Shown here piece after piece: positions 21,813 to 33,520 of a DNA stretch of 64,000 bases. The DNA comes from Lama guanicoe. Taxonomy: Eukaryota. The stretch is from the NCBI GenBank assembly GCA_013239625.1, contig MU053934.1:11013003-11077002 (forward strand), written 5' to 3'. Each line of letters begins with the position of its first letter. Positions within the stretch are counted from its first letter, which is position 1. The position numbers were made by a program, and so were the translations under genes. Below the pieces are notes generated by a model. The model made no database searches and was not told the origin of the DNA. It saw only the letters and a list, made by a program, of their open reading frames with translations.

Positions 21813-22232
21813 GGGGAGGGCACAGCCCAGCGCAGAGTGTGTGCTGAGCACGCCCGGGGTCCTGGGCTCCACCCGCAGCGCCCCCGCTGAGCGGTAGTAA
21901 GAGAACCGTTTACTGCGTCTGGGAGACTGTTTCGTGGTAAACAATTTTACAGTTACTGGGGAAAAGGAGGTGGGAAGGGATAAACTTGGGAGTTTGAGAT
22001 TTGCAAATGTTAACCACTATATATAAAATAGATTAAAAAAAAACAAATTTCTTCTGCATAGCACAGGGAACTATGTTCAATATCTTTTAATAACGTTTAA
22101 TGAAAAAGAATATGAAAACGAATATATGTGTGTATGTGCATGACTGGACATTACACAAAAAATAAATGAATAAATAAATAAATAAGTAAAGGAATAAAAT
22201 AGACCTAATCGCCTCCCTCCTCACCCTCAAAA
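21813..22232 (+). mobile_element. Degenerate tRNA-Ala-derived camelid SINE (vic-1 type) carrying an internal L1 fragment
   Basis: Head aligns to the SINE at 53337; tail 'acctaatcgcctccc' ~ 'acctaattacctccc'; approximate TSD aaggacagcggc (21798) / aaggacaccggt (22234). Confidence 0.7.
21950..22165 (+). mobile_element. L1 3' UTR fragment
   Basis: 'gggataaacttgggagtttgagatt...gcacagggaactatgttcaatatc...gaaaaagaatatgaaaacgaatatatg'. Confidence 0.85.
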
Positions 22233-25200
22233 TAAGGACACCGGTCTTACTGGAATGGGGCGCACGCCTACAACCTCACCTTAACCAGCCACACCTGCAA
22301 GGGCCCTGTTTCCAAGGAAGGTCACATCCGGAGGTTCTGGGGGTCAGGACTCACATCTGAAGTTTGCAGGGAGCATAATTCAGCCGCAGCGAGGCCCGAG
22401 CCCAGGACGCAGGGGAGCCCCCAGCGGTGAGAGGACTCCCTGGGCGAGAGTGAAGGCGCTCTGCAGAGGGGACCAGCGGTGCTTCGCCTCCCGGGAGACC
22501 CGGCCATCGGGGCTGAAACCACGGCCCTGGTGCTGTCCCGACTGCGCCTGCCCCAGCCCAGCGCCAGGAGGACAGAGGAGACGGACGAAGCTGCAGGGAG
22601 GCCTTCCTGGGCAGGGAGGCATGCCCAGACCTTCACACGCACTCGCCACAAGCCTCGTCTGCTAGTCTGTTTACAAACCCCGATGGCGCAGCCTCACTGT
22701 CCGCCTGCCTCCAATTAACACCGACGTAACGCCTCGCCGGGCTGAGCGTGTGCAAATCCAGCCCCCGCGGTCCGGTCCCTGTGCAGCCAGGCAGGCCCGC
22801 GGCTCCGGGAGCGCTGGTTCCCGCACACCCCAGCCGGGCTGCCTCTGGTGCTGCTAGGTTCAACCCAGCCCCGGGAAAGCTGCTGATTGAATGTTTTCAA
22901 ATTTTGTGCTGGAGCCCGGAGGCAGTGTTCTCTCAGAGGGCACGGATTTTACAAATTGGAAAAAAATAAAAGTACAATAAATCAAAGCTCTTTTCTTTCT
23001 CTCCCTGTGCTCGTTAACTTTAGGACCAGACCAGGGTGACTGGACGGGGCTGGAGGAAGTCTGTGAACTTTCTGGAAAACCCCAGAGCTGTGGTCCCTCT
23101 GAGTCCCAGGGCTCTGCCCACTTCTCAAGCAAGAGTCAGGACTCGGCGGCGTCGGCCCGTCAGGACCCCGCACTCCTCGCCTGGCCACCCCAAGTCCGAT
23201 CGGCCGGAGGCCCCGGCTGCCCTGCTGTAAGTGTCTGTATTTCCCACCCAGTGGTGGAAGGGAGGAAGTTACCATGAGGTACCGAAATGTGGACGCCTGG
23301 CTCCTGCTGAGTATGGTCAGGCCTTGGTCCCCTCAGCGCGCGCGCACACACACACGCCTGATCACTTCTCAGGCAGCTGAGGGATCCTTGGGTGGGGGGC
23401 TCTGTGACACGGTGTGCTCCGCCTTGAGGGTCTCCAAGCTCAGTCCAGACCCTCAGCCTGGCGTGGAGCCTGGAGGAGTGTGTTGGGCAGATGGATGGGT
23501 CTGAGGTGGGAGGTCCGGGCAGCGAGCAGATAAGCACAGTTGCCGTCTCGGTGGGGGGCAAACTCACGATTTTCTATCGTAACTGCTCCCGTGGTCACTG
23601 AGGCTCCACCATCAATGCATTGCCCTGGAGAAGCCTCAACTAAAACGCAAGCAGCGAGGGTACAGCCCAGCGGGACAGCACATGGGATGGGTGAGCGAGG
23701 TCCCTCCACTGGGACGAAGAAGGAGGAAAGAAGCATCAGAGTGTGGAGGCTCCGCCCCAACCTGGGCCTGCTCCAGACGTTCTCCGGGTGGGGGTGGAGC
23801 AGAGGGAGCAGGGAGGGAAGAGTCACGTAGAGGCTGCCAGGGAGAGGGACCCCAAGCCTCAAGCCAGTGGCCTCGAAACCTCTAGCTCTCTGTCCGAGGA
23901 GAAGCATTTCTGCCTGCCTGGCACCTGAGACGCCTGCTCTGGGCACCGCACACATCACGCACCTGAAACAAGGCGGTGCGGCCCTCCGCCCGGCCTCCCG
24001 GAACCAGCCGTCATCCTGTTTACGGACACAGTGGACGTGCAGACTGCTTTTCCGAGACCCAGGTCTTGAGCGGGTGGGGACAGGAGTCGTGTTAACTGCA
24101 GACAGTCATGTCACAAGCTGGGGGCGACCCCACCCATGGAGGCAAAGGGCGATGCTGATTAGGGCTTCTGCCCTTAAGGGGCAAGAAAGATGGGTTCCGG
24201 CCTTGATTCCTGTGTCCCGGTGGTTTCTTATTTATATGGTGCCCGCGCGGTATTTATGTGTGTGGCGGTGCCCTCCTTTCGGCTCCATGCAGTGCGATTG
24301 GAGTCTGCCGCGAGCCGGGGAGGTTACACTGCATGAATATTTTATTGGGACACATGCGTAGGTAAGGAAATGAGGTTCACGCAGAGTCTGACAGAGCGGA
24401 CCGGATCCCGCGTGATGGGGACACGCGGCCCAATGATCTTCTCTTTGACAAATAAAAGAGACCTCGAGAGCCCGGTGCTTTATTAGGACACAGGGAAGGG
24501 AATTAGCTCCTTTCCATCTGTCATGGGCCGGTGATGAAGGGCCTCCCCCAGTCTCCTCTGTGCAGCCTGCCACGAGTCTGCTGTTAACCACGTTCCCTCC
24601 CAAGCAGGCGGCCAGAACGAGCGAGAGCAGAAGTGGCACAGACAGGGGGCGGGCGGGACACTCACCTGCGCGCCGTGCAGCACCCTGCTGCGGCCCCTGG
24701 GCCGTGTCTTCGGTTTGGGCTCTTTTTTGACATTGGCTGAGGGACACTACAGACAAGGTGCCAAATTTAGCAGATTTCGAGCTGGTGGGGACAGAGGAGG
24801 TGGGTCTGTTCCTCCCAAGGCGCAGGAAGACTCCTGCTCCCTGTGACTTTGAAAGGATGGTAAGCACAGATGCGCGCAGCAGCCAGAGGTGGAAACCGCC
24901 CCACGTCCGCCCCCAGGGGAGCAGGTGCACAGGCTGGGCAAGCCGGACGCTGGAGCCTTACTCAGCCACCTCGGGGGAGGAAGTCCCGACTCAGAGTCAG
25001 GATGAGCCTTGGGAAGATTCGGCTCAGCAAAATGAGCCCGTCACAGGAGCATCCTGGGGCAAGGCTTTTACTGTTTGCAAGCTCACCGGGAAGTCGCTGG
25101 ACCGGGCTGGGCCTCCATGTGGACTCAGGACTGACCTCCCAGGGCAGGGAGGCTGTGCTAAGAGGGTGCAAAGCCTCAAAGGGCCTCCTGCCACCCAGCC

Positions 25201-28200
25201 CCCGATGCCCAGTGCCTCCATCCCCTGGCAGCTTGGGTCGCATTCAGGCTCCCGTCCACTGGGGAGGGCACATTCCAGAGGGGCGGGCCCTGGAGTGCGT
25301 GCTGCCCCTCCCCAGGGCCTGGGCGGCGTGGGTGAGCCTCCTCTGGCAGCTGGAACCAGCTGGGGCCACATGGGACATGTATAAGGCAGCGCGGGAGAGA
25401 AAGGGTACAAGTCCAGCTCTGCCCGAGGCTTCAGCCAAGCAGGCGAGCCCACGTTTGCAAAGGGCCTTTCCCAGAGGTGGGCGGCAGTGGGGAGTCCCAG
25501 AAGCACAGAGCAGCCCCTGTCACCAGGGAGCTCAGAGCCTGGCCGGGCCGGTGGGGGGGCCACAGCGGGCCTGCACATCCGTGATGCTGGCCGGCCCAGG
25601 CCCCCGCTCTCTGGGCCCAACGGGAGGCGGGCTTGGGCCGGGCTGCTCCAGGGAGGCTGGACTTGCAGGGTCCAGAGAGCCTGGGTGGCAGAGAAGCCAG
25701 GCAAGGACTCCCCCGGCTGCAGGAGGCAGCTCGAAAGGTAGACGGGCTCCCTCCGAGGATCTAGGAAAGTGGGCCAGCGCTGGGCAGGGAGACCGCAGAG
25801 CCCTGGTGGGAACATGCCTGGAAGGAGGCCCTGGGGACGGTGACAGGGCAAGGGTCTGTCAGGACAGGCGCTCAGCGTCAGAGGCTCACCTGTGAGGAAA
25901 CCACCTGGATGTGCCTCCCAGCGGGGGCTGTCCTCTGTCTCCCCTCTGAGACTTGCAGTGAGCCCCCCATGCACATGTGCACACACAGGTACGGGACAAA
26001 CACAGGCACATGCACGTGTGCACACACACGGAACCCCAGGCTGTCAGGGACAAGGGCATCTGTCCTGGCCGTGGGGGCCGTGGAAGCAGCCCTGGCCTTG
26101 GGCAGGACGCCCGTGAACCTGCTCACGTCTGTCTTCTCCCTGATGCTGCCTCGTCAGCCGTGAGGCGCTTACCCAGCACGGACTCCAGGCCCTGCACCTG
26201 GATGTGGCAGTGGAAACTGGTACCTGTGTGATCGGCGGCCACAGAGCAAGGGAGCCGGGGAGAGGCCACCGGTGACATTTTGGGAACTGAAGATGGAAGC
26301 GGGACCAAGGAGGGAAAGTGAGGCGCTTTCATTCGCTCTCTTTTCACAGAGAGCCCTTCGGAGAGAAATTCTAAGGAAGCCGTCTGAGTTGTGGGCCAGA
26401 GGGAGGACAGGGCAGGAGGGCAGGGAGCATCTTTACTCCCGGCTCCAGTCCTGGCCCCCTGCCCCTCGACCCTCCCCACCCCTGGGTCCAGACCACCCCC
26501 CCAGCCCCTGCTCAGCAGGCCGCGCCCCTCCTGATGGGCTGGGTTCCCCGTGTGGACAGAGCTCCTGCAGCCTAGCCTCCCAGTCTTCTCCCTCCTCCGG
26601 CAGCAGAGAACCCGGGCCCGGAGCTGGGAGGGGCTCACAATCGCCCCAACCCCACCCCGTCAATGGGTGGTAGGACCCAGCCCCACATGGGGTGTGAGAT
26701 CATCTTGGATCCACCCCCAGCTTGGTCTGGAGGAGAAGTTTCTGGAACAAGCCGGAGCAATCTCATTCCTGCCGCTGGAGGTTGCTGTGGCCCGGGCCCA
26801 GCAGCCTCGCCCCTGCTGTCCCCACTAAGGGGGCTGGGCGGGCGGGTGCCCAGCTGGCTCCCCCTGAAAGCAGCCGCCCGATTCCCAGGCCGGCCTGGAC
26901 GCCGAGCGCCTTCCGCGGGGCCTCCTGCCCGGGGCCGGCGCCCAGGGATTACCCGGCCTGCGAGGGCCTCACGGGCGGCGTGGCCTTGGCAATTACTGAA
27001 AAGGAAGCATGGTTATTATTCATGTCGTGTGTTGAGAAATCTCTATAAAGTTTTACAGCCGCAAATGTAAAAGGGGTTTTTTATTGGCTTAACATTCCTC
27101 CCCACTCTCCTGCCCCCTCCCAGGAGCTGCCGCTTCCCCCTGCCTTCTCAGAGCCGGGGGGCCCCAGAGAGAGCATCCGCTGTGCCCTCGGGAGGTGCAG
27201 GAGCGCCTGCAGGGAGTGTGGGATGCTCCCGTCCCGGAGCCCACGCCCACTCACGGGGTCTCGTCTCCTGTGGGGTCCCAGCCACCCCCAAAGGCAGCAG
27301 CCTCTCCCAGATTCCTCCGCAAGTAGGTTCTGGAAGGCCTGGGGTGGATCTGATACAGCCCAGGTCCTGAGAACTCAGAGGTGGGAAAGGTGTTTACTTT
27401 CTGAAGGAAAAGAGAGACATGAAGAAACATGTAACCGCATATACAGGGCACGGGTGTGGCCCAGGGCCCCACCCGAGAGACCCACGTGGCCCTGTCCCTG
27501 GAATGTGATTAATGGGACACTTTCCTTTTGCACGGGGGCCAGCGGGGTGGAGGCAGAGAGCGTCCAGGTCGAGGAGGACGGGGGCACCCACGGTGGGTGG
27601 CTGGGAGGGGGACCCAGAAGAAGAGGGCCGTGGGAGCAGAGAGCGGAGCAGACCGGGGCCAGGAGCACAGAGGCTGAGGGAAAGCCGCTCGGGCAGAGGG
27701 CCAGGCTGGGACACCACCACCGGCAGAAAGAAGAGCCTGGAGACTGAGGAGAGGCAGGAAGGCCATGTGGTTAGAACACAGGACGGTGGCAGGGATGGTC
27801 GGGCCTCACCAGCCAGGGGTGCTTGGGCCCCAGTTGAGGGATGTGGGGAGCTGTTTTGAGGGAGTGGATAGCGTTATCCAATCTTTCCTCCTAAAGATTG
27901 CCCTGGCCACGGTGCGAGAATTAGAGTGAAGGGCAGGAGGGGCAGGCGACCGGGCAGAGGTGGCCGCAGCAGCGTGGTTAGGGTCTGTGACACCTTGGGC
28001 GTGCCAGCAGGGAGGTGGTGAGGAGCTCCGGGGAGGGACCCGCACAAGGCCTGCTGGACGGACAGCACCAGTCAGGCGGGATGCTCAGATAGAAGTCACC
28101 GTGCTCGGCCCCTGTGGCTTCCTTCCCCGCGTGCCCACATGCACTCCACCTGCTGAACAGGTGTGGTTGCCCCCACGGAGAGAGCCTGACTCCTTCTGCC

Positions 28201-28544
28201 TCCCATCACTCCCACGAGGTCACCTACAGACACAGTCCCAACAGGTCCTGAGTCTTTCACTAGGGCTGGCGCTGGCTCTGCTGAGGAACCACTGGGACAG
28301 AATTACACCTGAGAAAGGTTTACCACCAACAACATTGTAATCAGCCTGTGAGCTATACCATTTGCTGCTGTGTTCATGGTATTCTGTCCCCAACCCTCCA
28401 TCAGGCCAGGAAGGAAGGAGGGCAAAAGGCATGTCACCAGCAAGGGGCCTCGGACCAGTCGTGAGCATCTCTCACCTCCTACCCGAGGGCTGCAGGGAAG
28501 CACCTGCTGGGCTGGTGTAATTACATGTGGCGCTTTTGTGAAAA

Positions 28545-30518
28545 CACACGGAGAGACTCCCAGCTTCACCTCCTAAGAAAAGAGCTTGGAGGTCATTACT
28601 CTAGTTTTCACGATAAGAAAAAATGGAGTAAACTGAAAAATCAATCACTCAACTCCATCGGAGAGTTGAGGTCCCAGGGAAAACTATCTCCCTGACAACT
28701 GGAGAGACAGGGGAGGCTGAGCGTCACAGCTGAGGTCAGCCCCCTGGGAGCAGGAGCCAGTGGAGCCTGGAACTGGCAGGACACTTAAACAGTGATTGAT
28801 GGACCTCTGGAAGGGGGGGTGCGGGCTCACCAGGGGCTCAGTCTTTTCTAGACTTTACCTCCAGCAGCTCCAGCTCGGTCTCAAGCGAAGATCTGAAGAT
28901 GAAAGAAATATTAGTTATCAGGGAAGGACAAGGGAAAAGTAACCGAATACACACGGTAGGTTTGCTCAGTACCAAGCCTGCCCTCACGGGGAACCACTTT
29001 ACCAGAGCTTGATGTGACCTCTCGGCCTCTAGTCTCACTAAGCGGAGAATAAAAAAAGACTGAAAACACTCTGAGGGTCACAGCTCAAGAACTTAGGCAC
29101 AATAACGAAACCTGAAATTTCATCATAAGACCGTAGAACACGTCACGACCCAGTGCCTTACCACCGGCAGGGCTCCGATATGATAGCAGGGGTGACAGCG
29201 GAAGGAGCTGCAGACCACAGACTCTATTTAGCAAATTCTTAGGTAAACCCAAGGACAACAGAAGAGGACACAACAAATGAACAAGGAAATCAGAAGCACT
29301 ACGCACAGCCCAGCCCCCAGGCAGAGTAACGTAAAACCTTACACGAAAGCCTGGCGTCCTCAGTCCCTATTACCAGCCGCACCATTTCCACCTTTCTAGA
29401 AAAAACTGGAGAGTCTTGCCAAAAGCCAAGGGAAACACAGTCTGAGGAGACAAAGGTAGGCATCAAACCCTGACTCAGATACTGCACAGAAGCTGGGATT
29501 ATCAGGCCCGGGATCTAAAGCATCCCTGATTAAGGCTCTAGTGGAAAAAGAAACAACGTTCAAGAACAGGTGGGCGATTTAACAAAAGAGACCAGAAATC
29601 TGAGGAAGTCAAAGGGAAGTGACAGAAATCAGAAACACTTTAACAGAAATAAGGAAACGCCTCTGGTGAGCCATCAAAATAGAGCAGACGTGGCCAAAGA
29701 AAGCATAGATGATCTTGAAAATGGGTCAATAAGACTTTAACACTGAAATCCAAAGAGAAAAAGTATATGAAAAAAAATGGTACAGAATATCCAAGAACTA
29801 TGAAACAACCACAAAGGGAGTTGAATGTGTATAATGGGAATAGCAGAACGATAAGTAAAAGAGAGGCTAGACAATAAGAAATATTTGAAGTAATTCTGGC
29901 TAAGGATTTTCCAAAATTAGTAACAGATACCAACCCATAGATCCAGGAAGTTCAGGAAATACTCAGTAAGATAAATACCAAAACTCTACACACAGGCATG
30001 TTATATACAAACTGCAGGAAATCAAGAGAAACTTTTGAAGGAAACCAGAAAGAAACAAAAGCTTACCCTTTGAGGAATAAAGATAAGAAATATATCAGAA
30101 TTCTAATCAGAAACCATGCATGTAAGAAGAGATTGGAGTCAAATATTTAAGGTGTTGAAAGTAGAATCTACCAACCTAGATTTCTGCATTCAGCATAAGT
30201 ATCCCTCAAATGTAAAGGAGAAATCCTTTCTCAGACCACAAAACATGAGGGAATTTGTCAACAGAAGACCTGCCCTCAATAAATGCAAAAGACATTTTTC
30301 AGAGAGAAAGGAAGTTATACAGATCAGAATTTCAGATCTACATAAAGAACATCAGAGAAAAAAAATAGGTAAAATAAAATTCTTTATTTTTCTTATTCTT
30401 CATTTTAAGAAACAACTGTTCATCCTGGGATCAGTCCCCAGAATCTCCATCAAAAAGTAAGTAAACAAACCTAATTACCTCCCCCTGTGAAAGGAAGGAA
30501 GGAAGAAAGAGAGAGAGA

Positions 30519-30584
<66 letters not shown>

Positions 30585-32620
30585 AAAGGAAGGAAGGAAG
30601 GAAGGAAGAAGGAAAGAAAGAAGGAAAGAAAAAAGGAAAGAAAGAAGGAAAGAAAAAAGGAAAGAAAGAAGGAAAGAAAGAAAGAACTGTTCAAAGTAAT
30701 AGTAGAAACAATGTATTAGGTCATTATAACATATGAATGACAGCAATGTTATAAAAAATGGGAGGGAAGAATTCATAATACTCTGTTATAAGAAACCTAC
30801 ACTGCCCATGTGGTGATGACATAATGCTGTCTGAAGGTGGCCTTAGATTAGTTGTAAATGTCTATTGCAAATTCTAGGAAAACCATTAATTAAAAAAAAC
30901 ATAATTGAAATGTTAATAGAGAACAGAAAATAGAATAATAAAATACTCAGTTAAAACCAGGGAAAGCAGGAAAAAAAAAGAGAGAGAGTAAGATTTTAAA
31001 AGAATGGAAACAACTGGCAAATGCAATGAACAGAAAAGAGTTTCAAACATGGTAAATATTAATCCAATTGTGCCAATAATGACTTTAAGTGTGAATATTC
31101 TGAATAAGCCAATTAAAAGGCAAATACTGTCAGAGTGGATTCAAAAAAGACCCAACTACATATTACATACAGGAAGCCTAGTTTAAAAAGAGACGCTGAT
31201 ATATTAAAAAATCAAGGGATGGAGAAAGATATACCATGATGATACTTACCAAAAGCTTGAACAGCTATATTAATTTTAAACAAAGGCAAGTGGGAAAAGG
31301 TGTCAGGAATAGAGAGAAGTATTACATAACAATGAAAAGATCAATTCTTCACAAATACTGAAGAATCTAACAACAGTGTCAAAACATGTGAGGTTAAAAC
31401 CTGACACAACTATAAGGAGAAACAGACAAACCCACTTTTAAGAGGTGGAAAATCAACACCCCTCTATCAGTAACCGATAGGTCCTGCAGGCACAAAATCA
31501 GAAAGGACATAGTTGGACTGAACAGCGCTATCTATCAACCGGACCTAATTGACGTTTATAGAACACTTCACCCAGCAGCAGTAGAATACCTATTCTTCTC
31601 AAGTTCATGTGGGGCATTAACCAAGATAGACAGTCCGGACCATAAAGCACACCTTAATACATTTAAAAGAATACAAACCATAGAAAGTATTCTCACACAC
31701 CACAGTGGAATTAAACTTGAAATCAATAACAGAAAACTAGCTGGAAAATCTCAAAATATTTAGAGAGTAAACATTACACTTGGATCAAACAAATCTAAAG
31801 AGAAATTTTTAAACATTTCTAAATGCTTAGAGGGAAATTTATAGCATTGAATGTACGTATCAGAAAAGAAGAAAGATGGAAAATCAATCATCTGAGCTAC
31901 TACCATAAGAAACTCTTTAAAGAAGAGCAAATCAAATCTAAGGTAAGCAGAAGAAAAGAAATAATAAAAGCCAGAGCAGAAATCATAAACCTGAAAACAG
32001 GAAATAGAGAAAATCAATGAAACTAAAAGCCGGTTCTTTGAAAAGATCAATAAAAGTGATAAAGTTCTATCCAGGCTAAACAAGAAATAAAGACAGGCAC
32101 AAATTACTGATATTTGAAATGAAAGAAGAATAATCACAAATGATCCCATGGATGTGAAAATGTGGGTGAGGGGATACGGTGAACCACTCTGTGCTCCCTG
32201 CTAGGCAGCAAGTCTAGTCTCTCACCACTTCTATCCAGCATTGTACTGGGAGTCCTGGCTAATGCAATAAGACAAGAAAAAAAAAAGTAAAATGTATATA
32301 GGTTGGGAAAGAAGAAATAAAATGGTCCTTGTTTACAGATGATGATTGTCTATGCAGAAAATTTTAAAGAAGCACACAGACCTTACTTCATTGAGAACAA
32401 TTACAACAAAAAACTAACTCAAAATGGACCATAGACCTAAGTGAAAATGCTCCCAAACGTCTAGACAATAACATAGGACAAAATCTGGGAAACCCTGGGT
32501 TTGTAGATGGCTTTTTAAACACAAGTGTGTCCATGAAATAATTAATCAGTTGGGTTTTGTGGAAAGTGAAATCTTCTACTATGCAGAAGACACTGTTAAA
32601 AGGATGAAAAGACAGGATTC
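28545..32620 (+). mobile_element. Ancient L1 (L1M-type) 5' region, ORF1 and fragmented ORF2
   Basis: A-rich sense strand; ORF2-like LRGKFIALNVRIRKEERWKINHL...EEQIKSKVSRRKEIIKARAEI (31823-32020); ORF1-like 'ccatagatccaggaagttcagg'. Confidence 0.85.
30423..30684 (+). mobile_element. 5'-truncated camelid SINE whose tail is a (GAAA/GGAA)n microsatellite
   Basis: 'cctgggatcagtccccag...aaacaaacctaattacctcccc' then the GAAA array; TSD aactgttca at 30414-30422 and 30685-30693. Confidence 0.8.
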
Positions 32621-33520
32621 CAAAAATATACAAACAGCTAATACAGNNNNNNNNNNAAAAAAAAAAAAAGAAAGAACAGAAAAATCAAAAAATGGGCAGA
32701 AGATCTAAACAGACATTTCTCCAAAGAAGACATGCAGATGGCCAACAGACACATAAAGACGTGCTCAGTATCACTAATTATTTAAGAAATGGAAATCAAA
32801 ACCACAATGAAGTGTCACCTCACACCAGACAGAATGGCCATCATTAAAAAGTCTACAAATAATAAATACTAGAGAGGGTGTGGAGAAAAGGGGGCCCTCC
32901 CACACTGCTGGTGGGAATGTAGACTGGTGTAGCCGCCATGGAGAGCAGTATGGAGGTTACTTTAAAAACTAAAAATGGATTTGCAATATGATCCAGCAAC
33001 CCCACTCTGGGGCATACATCCGGAGGGAACTCTAATTCAAAAGGACACCTGCACCTCAGTGTTCATAGCAGCTCTATTTACCGTAGCCAAGACGTGGAAA
33101 CAGCCTGATTGCCCATCGACAGACGACTGGATAAAGAAAATGCAAACACACACACACACAATGGAACACCACTCTGTCATAAGAAAGAATGAAATAATGC
33201 CACTTGCAGCAACATGCATGGACCTGGAGATTATCATACTAAGTGAAACAAGTTAGACAGAGAAAGACAAATATCACGTGGTATCACTCACGTGTGGAAG
33301 CTTAAAAAGAAGAAAAAGGAAAAGAAGCAAATTCTATTTACAAACACAAAACAGACTGATGGACATAGAAAACCAACCCTGGTTACCAGAGGGGACAGGG
33401 CGGGCAGGGATAAATGAGGGCTTGGGGACTGCAGACACACACGACTGTACATAAAATGGGAGAACAACAAGGACCTACTGCAGTGCCCAGGGAGCTGTGT
33501 TCACTTTCTTGTAACGATCT
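32620..33520 (+). mobile_element. Younger L1 ORF2 C-terminus + 3' UTR (contains 10-N gap 32647-32656)
   Basis: DLQYDPATPLWGIHP...KDTCTSVFIAALFTVAKTWKQPDCPSTDDWIKK...LEIIILSE. Confidence 0.9.

Larger units (their letters stand above)
21510..22390 (-). mobile_element. MLT1 (A-C type) LTR interrupted at ~21810-22232
   Basis: Antisense MLT1 motifs 'agggctgtggcaacgaagcaccgcaac...aacagcaggaacttactctcac' and 'aaggacacc...gccctgtttcca...ggtcacat...ggttctggggg'. Confidence 0.7.

Noticed and set aside
24758..26025. Overlapping 200-340 aa ORFs (similarly 46072-46920, 49345-50591, 51703-52695)
   Set aside because: Low-complexity GC-driven ORFs on both strands with no domain or exon structure; one overlaps an L1 fragment.
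30431..30776. Phe/Leu/Ser and Lys/Glu/Arg-rich ORFs
   Set aside because: Translations of the GAAA microsatellite.
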